Source of the DNA: Candidatus Latescibacterota bacterium | GTDB taxonomy: Bacteria; Latescibacterota; UBA2968; GCA-2709665 | Assembly (NCBI GenBank): GCA_965222075.1 | Contig: OZ244937.1 | Span: 3,328,001-3,392,000 of the forward strand | Direction: 5' to 3' | DNA: 64,000 nucleotides | Shown here: piece by piece, positions 57,362 through 64,000 of the stretch | Layout of the letters: each line of letters opens with the position of its first letter | Numbering within the stretch: position 1 is the first letter of the stretch | Program-made: the position numbers and the translations under genes | The notes under the pieces: generated by a model | Databases searched by the model: none | What the model was told of the DNA's origin: nothing | The model's input: only the letters and a program-made list of their open reading frames with translations

Positions 57362-57949
57362 ATGAAACTCCATTCCGCCGAATTTGTGACCAGCGTCGGG
57401 CACCTGAGCCAGGTCCCGGCGGAAGTCCTTCCCGAAATCGCCTTTGCCAGCCGGTCCAATGTGGGAAAATCCTCCCTGCTCAACCGGCTGCTCAACCGGA
57501 AAAACCTGGCCAAAACCAGCAACGCCCCGGGCAAAACGCGAACCTTGAACTACTACCGGGTCAACAGGACCTTCTACCTGGTCGACCTGCCCGGCTATGG
57601 ATACGCCCGGAGATCCCAGGAAGAACATAGGCGCTGGGCCGGCCTCATCAATGACTATCTGGAAAAACGAGAGTCCCTCCAGGGGGTCGTTCAGCTCCTG
57701 GATGCCCGGCACGACCCGACCGCCCTGGACCTTGACATGCTCCAATGGCTGCTGTATGTTCAAAAGCCATTCCTGGTGGTGGCCACAAAAACGGACAAAC
57801 TCCCCAGCAGCCGGTTAAACACCCGGCTCGGCCGGACCAGAGACATCCTCCTGAGCCTTGGAAAGATCGACCTGCTGCCCTTCTCGGCCAGGTCGGGCCG
57901 GGGCCGGGAGGCGGTCTGGAGATGGATTCAGGAGGCCGTCTATGGATGA
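57362..57949 (+). CDS. engB: Ribosome biogenesis GTPase YihA/YsxC
   Basis: RSNVGKSS, PGKT, DLPGYG, TK.DK. Confidence 0.95.
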   Translation: MKLHSAEFVTSVGHLSQVPAEVLPEIAFASRSNVGKSSLLNRLLNRKNLAKTSNAPGKTRTLNYYRVNRTFYLVDLPGYGYARRSQEEHRRWAGLINDYLEKRESLQGVVQLLDARHDPTALDLDMLQWLLYVQKPFLVVATKTDKLPSSRLNTRLGRTRDILLSLGKIDLLPFSARSGRGREAVWRWIQEAVYG

Positions 57950-59042
57950 CTACCACATCGTGGATACCCACAAAATTCCTACCCCGGCCCTTGTGGTCTA
58001 TCGGCATATCGTAGAGGACAACATTCGCCGCATCGGAGAGATACTGGGGGGGTATGGGGGACTTCGAGCCCACATCAAGACCCACAAAATGTCCCGGGTC
58101 GTCCAGATGGAAATGGAAGCCGGCATCGGCAAGTTCAAGTGCGCCACACCCAAAGAGGCCGCCATGCTCGCCGCTACAGGCATCACCGACATTCTCATCG
58201 CCTACCCTGTCGTCGGGGCCGCGATCGAACGGGTCGTCAGCCTCAGGCGGAGTTATCCGCGAATCGATCTGAGGGTCATCGCCGACGACGCAGGCGCCCT
58301 GGTGGCCCTCTCAGGTGCCTGCGCCGCCGCCGGCATCACCCTTGGCGTTATGATCGACCTCAACACCGGCATGGACCGCACGGGTGCCCCTCCGGGAGAG
58401 ACCGCCCTCGCCCTGGCCAAAGCCATCGCCGACCTCCCCGGCCTCACCTTCGACGGCCTCCACGTCTACGACGGACACGTCGGCGTCCCGAACTCCGAAA
58501 TCCGCCGGCAGGCCGCCCTGGAATCGGTCGAAAAAGCCGTGGCAACCCGGCGCCTCATCGAAAAAGAGGGCGTTGGGGTCAAAACCCTGGTCGCCTCGGG
58601 ATCGCCCGGCTTCGAATTCACCGCCGGGGTGCCGGGTGTGGATGAGGTCTCCCCGGGCACCTGGGTCTTCTGGGATAACGGCTATAGCACCATTAACCCC
58701 GGCCAGTTTCGCTTTGCCGCCCTCGTCCTCTCCAGCGTCATCAGCACGCCCGGCCCCGACCTGATCACCCTGGATGCGGGTAGCAAGGCGGTCGCCCCGG
58801 ACACGCCCGAGCCCCATTTCCGGGCGCTGAGCCTGCCCGAAAACGTGGAATTTGTCCTGCGAAACGAAGAGCACCAGGTCCTCCGGCTCCCGCCGGGAAC
58901 GCCCCGTCCGGCCGTAGGCGACCTCTTCTACCTGGTCCCGTACCACATCTGCACCACGGTCAACCTCTACGACGAAGCCTGCATCATCAATGGCAATGGC
59001 GCCTTCGTTGAAACCTGGCCGGTAGATGCACGCGGACACTGA
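57942..59042 (+). CDS. PLP fold-III D-threonine aldolase / D-serine dehydratase-like enzyme
   Basis: TPAL, R.HIKTHK, CAT..EA, YDGH, LDAG.K, EEH, PYHIC.TVN. Confidence 0.88.
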   Translation: MDDYHIVDTHKIPTPALVVYRHIVEDNIRRIGEILGGYGGLRAHIKTHKMSRVVQMEMEAGIGKFKCATPKEAAMLAATGITDILIAYPVVGAAIERVVSLRRSYPRIDLRVIADDAGALVALSGACAAAGITLGVMIDLNTGMDRTGAPPGETALALAKAIADLPGLTFDGLHVYDGHVGVPNSEIRRQAALESVEKAVATRRLIEKEGVGVKTLVASGSPGFEFTAGVPGVDEVSPGTWVFWDNGYSTINPGQFRFAALVLSSVISTPGPDLITLDAGSKAVAPDTPEPHFRALSLPENVEFVLRNEEHQVLRLPPGTPRPAVGDLFYLVPYHICTTVNLYDEACIINGNGAFVETWPVDARGH

Positions 59043-59096
59043 GGGAGGAAGGCTGGGTCATTCTTCATTTTGCAATTCCCACACCTCCTTGAAGCC

Positions 59097-60254
59097 ATGT
59101 CCGCTCACAGTGCTCCCCGACAGCGCCTCTTCACCCCCGGTCCCACCCCCATCCCGGCCCGGGTGCAGGCCGCCATGGCAGGCCCCGTCGTCTACCACCG
59201 GGGGCCCGACTTTCCGGTCCTGCTTCGGGGCGTTGCCGCCGACCTGAAAACCGTCTTCCCCACCCCCCACGACCTCCTCCTCCTGGCCTGCTCCGGCACC
59301 GGGGTCATGGAGGCCGCCGTGGCCAACACCCTCACCCGGGGAGACCGGGCGCTCGTCGCTCAGGCCGGCCAGTTCGGGGCGCGGTGGGCCGACCTCTGCG
59401 GGGCCTATGGGGTAGACGTAAACCTGCTCGACTTCCCCTGGGGCACCGCCATTGACCCGGATGCCGTGGCCGATGCTCTCCGGAAAGACCCGTCCATACG
59501 CGCGGTTTTCGCCACCCAGAGCGAGACCGCCACCGGCGTCCTGCACGACATCGAGGCCCTTGGAGCCGTCGTGCGCCAGACCGGCGCCTTATTCATCGTT
59601 GACGGCGTCTCCAGCGTGGGAGCGCACCCCCTCCCCACCGCAAAGTGGGGCGTAGACATGGCCGTAACCGCCTCCCAGAAAGGCCTGATGCTCCCTCCCG
59701 GCCTGGGCATTGTCACCGTTGGGCCCCGCGCCTGGGAAGCGGCGGTGCGGTCCGACCTGCCCAAATACTACTGGAACCTGGGCGCATATCGGGAGGCCCT
59801 GTCGGAGGGCCGGGGTCCGGCTACCCTGCCGATCACCCTCCTCTCCGGCCTCAGGGCCGCCCTTGACATGATTGGGGAGGAGGGCCTGGAAGCCGTCTGG
59901 ACCCGGCACGCCCGGCACGCAGGTGCCGTCCGGTCTGCCGCCAAGGCGCTTGGCCTCTCCTGCTTTGCGCAGCGGCCCTCCAATGCCCTCACCGCCATCG
60001 GGCTGCCCGAAGGGATTGACGGCGTGGCCCTTACAGACTGCCTGCGCACCCGCTGTGGCGTCGTCATCGGCGGCGGCCTGGCCCACCTCCGGGGGCGCAT
60101 CGTGCGCATCTCCACCCTCGGCTATGTGGACGACCTGGATGTCCTCACCGCCGTTGCAGCCCTCGAAATGGGTCTCAAACACCAAAACTGGGCCTTCTCC
60201 CCCGGTTCTGGCGTCGCCGCCGCAGAACAGGCCTTAGCAGCCCGGGAGGAATGA
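59097..60254 (+). CDS. Class V aminotransferase (serine/alanine-glyoxylate type)
   Basis: LFTPGPT, SGTG.MEA, SET.TG, VDGVSS, SQKG.MLPPG. Confidence 0.9.
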   Translation: MSAHSAPRQRLFTPGPTPIPARVQAAMAGPVVYHRGPDFPVLLRGVAADLKTVFPTPHDLLLLACSGTGVMEAAVANTLTRGDRALVAQAGQFGARWADLCGAYGVDVNLLDFPWGTAIDPDAVADALRKDPSIRAVFATQSETATGVLHDIEALGAVVRQTGALFIVDGVSSVGAHPLPTAKWGVDMAVTASQKGLMLPPGLGIVTVGPRAWEAAVRSDLPKYYWNLGAYREALSEGRGPATLPITLLSGLRAALDMIGEEGLEAVWTRHARHAGAVRSAAKALGLSCFAQRPSNALTAIGLPEGIDGVALTDCLRTRCGVVIGGGLAHLRGRIVRISTLGYVDDLDVLTAVAALEMGLKHQNWAFSPGSGVAAAEQALAAREE

Positions 60255-60391
60255 GGGTTCATAAATCATAGCTCGGCCTGGATGGCCACCCCCCCACCGA
60301 TTTTCGACTTTGACTCGCAACTCACGACTCGGGACCCGCGACTTTTTTTTGCCGCCTCACATTTCACGGCCTCTATCTAAGGAGACAAACA

Positions 60392-61672
60392 ATGTCCGTT
60401 CGGATCGTTCTCGGTGCCCAGTGGGGCGATGAGGGCAAGGCCAAAGTCGTCGACTACCTCACGCGCGATGCCGATATCGTGGTGCGCTACCAGGGTGGGG
60501 CCAATGCGGGCCACACGATCAAGGCGGGCGATCTGGAATTCATCTTCCACCTCATCCCGGCGGGCATCGTCCGCCCGGACAAGACCTGCGTCATCGGAAA
60601 CGGAGTGGTCCTCGATCCCGCGGCCCTATTTCAGGAAATCGACGACCTGAAGGCGCGGGGAATCGCCATCGAAGACCGGCTCTTCATCAGCCCCAATACC
60701 CACCTGGTCTTTCCCTATCACATCTGCCTGGAACAGGCCAGTGAGGAGAAAATCGGGGAGGGCCGCATCGGCACCACCCTGCGGGGCATCGGCCCCGCTT
60801 ACGCGGACAAGATCAACCGGTCCACCGGCATCCGCATCGGCGACCTGCTCGACCCGGACGTCCTCCCGGCAAAAATCCGGGCCAACGTCCGGGAAAAAAA
60901 CGAAATCCTCACCAAACTCTACGGCGGCGACCCCTTAGACGAAATCCCCATCCTGGAAGCATATATCGCCTACGGCGAGCGCATCGCTCCCTTTGTCACC
61001 AACACCTCCGTTTACCTCAACGACGCCATCGAAGCCGGAAAGCGTGTCCTCTTCGAAGGCTCCCAGGGCACCCTCTTAGACATCGATCATGGCACCTACC
61101 CCTACGTTACCTCCTCCAACACCACTGCGGGGGGCGCCTGCACCGGCGCAGGCGTGGGCCCCACGGTAATCGACGAAGTCGTCGGCGTTGCCAAGGCCTA
61201 CACCACCCGGGTGGGCAACGGCCCCTTCCCCACCGAACTCACCGGCGAAACGGGAGATCGCATCCGCGAAATCGGACAGGAATACGGCGCCACGACCGGC
61301 CGGCTCAGGCGCTGCGGCTGGTTCGACGCCGTCATTGTCCGCATGGCCGCCCGGATCAACGGCCTCTCCAGCTTGGCCGTCACCCGGCTTGACATCCTGG
61401 ACGGACTGGAAGAGATCAACATCTGCACGCACTACACCTGCAAAGGCAGCCGGGTCGACCACTTCCCCGTTGACCTCAAGGTCCTGGAAGGCTGCGAGCC
61501 GACCTACGAAACCCTCCCCGGCTGGCAGACTCCCACCAGCGCCATCCGCGCCTGGGACGACCTGCCCGACAACGCCAAATACTATCTCGACCGCATCGTC
61601 GAACTCACCCGCACCCCCATCTCCCTCGTCTCTGTGGGGCCGGATCGGGACGAGACCATCGTGGTTGACTAA
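60392..61672 (+). CDS. purA: Adenylosuccinate synthetase
   Basis: GAQWGDEGK, GGANAGHT, GTT.RGIGP.Y.DK, GATTGR.RRCGW.D. Confidence 0.98.
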   Translation: MSVRIVLGAQWGDEGKAKVVDYLTRDADIVVRYQGGANAGHTIKAGDLEFIFHLIPAGIVRPDKTCVIGNGVVLDPAALFQEIDDLKARGIAIEDRLFISPNTHLVFPYHICLEQASEEKIGEGRIGTTLRGIGPAYADKINRSTGIRIGDLLDPDVLPAKIRANVREKNEILTKLYGGDPLDEIPILEAYIAYGERIAPFVTNTSVYLNDAIEAGKRVLFEGSQGTLLDIDHGTYPYVTSSNTTAGGACTGAGVGPTVIDEVVGVAKAYTTRVGNGPFPTELTGETGDRIREIGQEYGATTGRLRRCGWFDAVIVRMAARINGLSSLAVTRLDILDGLEEINICTHYTCKGSRVDHFPVDLKVLEGCEPTYETLPGWQTPTSAIRAWDDLPDNAKYYLDRIVELTRTPISLVSVGPDRDETIVVD

Positions 61673-61680
61673 CCTGAGAC

Positions 61681-61745
61681 GTAGGGGCAACCCTCGTGGT
61701 TGCCCGGGTAAACGTGGACCGGGCGCCCACAAGGGACGCCCCTAC
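61681..61745. repeat. Inverted REP doublet (REPIN-like) between convergent genes
   Basis: GTAGGGGCAACCCTCGTGGTTGCCC ... GGGCGCCCACAAGGGACGCCCCTAC. Confidence 0.75.
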
Positions 61746-63151
61746 GGTTCCGTGCAGGATGATGATCGCGCATACAGCTTCTCCATTTCCGCCTCCACCG
61801 CCAGGATTTCCAAATTTGTATCCCGCCTCTTAATCCGCTCCACCTGCCGGGGGGTGCGCCGCTTTGCAGGCCACCGATCCGCATCCGAGACCCGCAGCAG
61901 CACCCGGCTCACCACCGAGGCCGCCTCCCGCAGGTCGGATAAGCGGATCTTGTCCAGCGTGTCAAACGCGGTGTGGCCGAACCCCCGGCCCATGAAAGCC
62001 GCTTCGACATCTCCCATACTCGCCGTGGGCACGCCTTCTTCGAAGAATGGAAAGTGGTCCGAAAAGGCGGAGGAGCGGTGGCCGTAGGGCATATCATACC
62101 TCATCTGCTCCCGAGCGGTCTCAAAAAAGGCGTCGAGTTCCGGCCAGTGGTGCAGAATGACCCCCTTCCGCCCTTGCCCGCCGGCCGAGTCTAAGTTGAG
62201 CATCAGACGGATCTGGGAGAGCTCCTCAGCGTGGGCGGCCACGTACTCCCTGGCGCCGATCAGGCCGATCTCCTCCGTGCCGAAAGCGATAAACCGGATG
62301 CCGCAGCCCAGCCGATCGGACGCATAGGCCGACAACACGCGGGCGGCCTCCATCACCACCGCCATGCCGGATACCGGATCGTGCGCGCCCTGCGAAATGT
62401 CGTGCCCGTCGTAGTGGCACCCCACAATCGCCCACTCCTCCGGATACCGATTGCCGGGAAGCTCCCCGACCACGTTCCACGACGTGCGGGTGCGCGTCTG
62501 GTTGCGCGTCTTCAGACGGAGCCGGCCCGGCCCTTTCCGCTGCTGCATGCGCAGCAGGAATTCCCCCCACTCCTTGGAGACCGAGATCCCGGGAATCAGC
62601 GCCTCCCGGTTGCGGGCAATGCTGCCCGTAGCAGGCCCTAACCCCTCGTAGTGGTTCATAAAGATAAATCCCACGGCTCCGGCCAGCGCGCTACGGGAAT
62701 ACTTTTCGGAGCGGTGCACATTCCGCCCCAGCCCCTGCGGCGGACGGCTGGTCGCCATCGCGAACTTCCCTCTCAGCGACCGCCCTGCCCGCTCAAAATC
62801 GGCCGGCGCTCCGTCTCCCACAAAGACCAGTTCGGCCTCTAAGGTCGCAGAGGGGCAGTACGGCAGCGCAATGCACGGAATCTCCATCTCCAGCGGTTCT
62901 ACCACCTCAAGCCGGGTCTCTCCCCGCGCCCAGGACGCGTACTGGTACGGCTCCATCCGCGCCTGGAAAAGCCCATATTCCCGGAACTTCTCCCGGAAAA
63001 AGATCGCTGCCTGCCGCTCCCCTGGCGTCCCTCCGAACCGCGACCCGAAATCGTCGCACAGCACCGCCAGATTGTCCATCGGTTCCAAAGAGGTGTGAAT
63101 ATCCCCCAGCATCTGCCGGTCAACCTCCAAATAAGGGTTCTCCACGCTCAC
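61742..63151 (-). CDS. M28 family aminopeptidase with PA domain
   Basis: GSRFGGT.GE, NV.GE..G, HYD, GAHD..SG, EE.GL.G, SDH.PF, HT..DT.DK; GTG start with AAGGAG RBS. Confidence 0.88.
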   Translation of the reverse strand: MSVENPYLEVDRQMLGDIHTSLEPMDNLAVLCDDFGSRFGGTPGERQAAIFFREKFREYGLFQARMEPYQYASWARGETRLEVVEPLEMEIPCIALPYCPSATLEAELVFVGDGAPADFERAGRSLRGKFAMATSRPPQGLGRNVHRSEKYSRSALAGAVGFIFMNHYEGLGPATGSIARNREALIPGISVSKEWGEFLLRMQQRKGPGRLRLKTRNQTRTRTSWNVVGELPGNRYPEEWAIVGCHYDGHDISQGAHDPVSGMAVVMEAARVLSAYASDRLGCGIRFIAFGTEEIGLIGAREYVAAHAEELSQIRLMLNLDSAGGQGRKGVILHHWPELDAFFETAREQMRYDMPYGHRSSAFSDHFPFFEEGVPTASMGDVEAAFMGRGFGHTAFDTLDKIRLSDLREAASVVSRVLLRVSDADRWPAKRRTPRQVERIKRRDTNLEILAVEAEMEKLYARSSSCTEP

Positions 63152-63498
63152 TTCTGTCTCCTTATATGTGTATGATTCGGTCCTCCCGCCTGTCCTATTC
63201 CCTGCCATGTTATAACCTCTTGAACCCCAAAAGTCAAACGGGTACGCCCACCTGTCCGGCTTTTTGTTCCACCCCACCCCAGTCACGAGTCCTCCACCAC
63301 CCCGCCACGTTTCGACTTTGACCCACGACTTGCCACGATCTTCGTCGCATTTTTCTTGCATTCTTCATAACTCTCGGATTTACAGAAAGTTTTTAATATT
63401 CCTCTCGAAAAAGAAAGAGGTTGACGGCACGTGAAAGTTTGGTATATTTCCGGTAGAATTCGCCAGATAACACGCAGTAAGGAACGGAGGAACGAGGG

Positions 63499-64000
63499 AT
63501 GGGCACCGCCGTGCTGGATAAGAACGAAATCCTGTCCAGAATCAAAAAAACCGGAAGTCTGGTCGGCGAGAACCTCTCAGGCATCGACCTCGAAGGCGTT
63601 GACCTCTCCGGCGTTGACCTCTCCCGTGCGGTCTTAGACAACGCCCGGTTAAAGGGCGCCAACCTCGCTGAGGCCAGGCTCCATGAAGCCAGCCTCAAAG
63701 GGGCGGACTTAAGCGGTGCAAACCTGCAGCAGGCCTACCTCGTTGCCGCCGACCTCCTGGGAGCCAACGCAGAGGGGACCAACCTGGAGGGGGCCTTCCT
63801 TTCCGGAGCCGTTCTCGGAGGCGCCAATTTCAGCAACGCCAACCTCAAACGCGCACGGCTGGGGGTGGTTCAGGCCGCCTTTCCCAATCCCTCGGGCCGG
63901 CCGACCAGCTTCCGGAATGCCGACCTGGAAGAGGCCGTTGTGGGCGCCACCGACTTCCTGGGGACCGACCTTCGGGGGGCCAACCTGAAACGGACCTTCC
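63499..64000 (+). CDS. Pentapeptide repeat protein, 3'-truncated by the window edge
   Basis: ATG at 63499; MGTAVLDKNEILSRI...ENLSGIDLEGVDLSGVDLSRAVLDNARLKGANLAEA... A(D/N)Lxx repeats run to the window end; TTGACG..TATATT promoter at 63421-63448. Confidence 0.88.
   Translation, partial: MGTAVLDKNEILSRIKKTGSLVGENLSGIDLEGVDLSGVDLSRAVLDNARLKGANLAEARLHEASLKGADLSGANLQQAYLVAADLLGANAEGTNLEGAFLSGAVLGGANFSNANLKRARLGVVQAAFPNPSGRPTSFRNADLEEAVVGATDFLGTDLRGANLKRTF

Noticed and set aside
63499-64000. Qnr-type quinolone resistance gene
   Set aside because: Generic pentapeptide repeats, truncated by the window edge, with no specific evidence

Overview
GC-rich bacterial chromosome segment. The gene content (DUF6785/6784-type membrane proteins, several heparinase II/III-like lyases, amidohydrolases, PhyH, Gfo/Idh/MocA, BlaR1-TonB) resembles Latescibacterota-like or related uncultured heterotrophs; this assignment is inference only. 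The left half (1-30.8 kb) is mostly accessory catabolic genes for uronates, polysaccharides and amides. It also carries a BlaI/BlaR1-TonB sensor, a nucleotidyltransferase pair and non-autonomous repeat elements, and ends at tRNA-Thr(UGU). The right half mixes housekeeping genes (cysS, ddl, ispDF, queA, dinG, an RSH, tig-clpP-clpX-engB, purA) with catabolic inserts and a patch of internally deleted gene relics. The main highlight is a bacterial homolog of the archaeal tetraether lipid synthase (Tes/GDGT-MAS radical SAM) with a long, apparently structured AT-rich leader. Other points of note are a lipoprotein with 29 contiguous 9-aa beta-turn repeats between SLBB-like and CAP domains, a probably hydrolase-only RelA/SpoT homolog, and three lyases with zinc-ribbon N-termini, one frameshifted by a 5-bp duplication. 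No CRISPR array, rRNA, integrase or transposase was seen. All family calls come from motif recognition by eye, not database searches.
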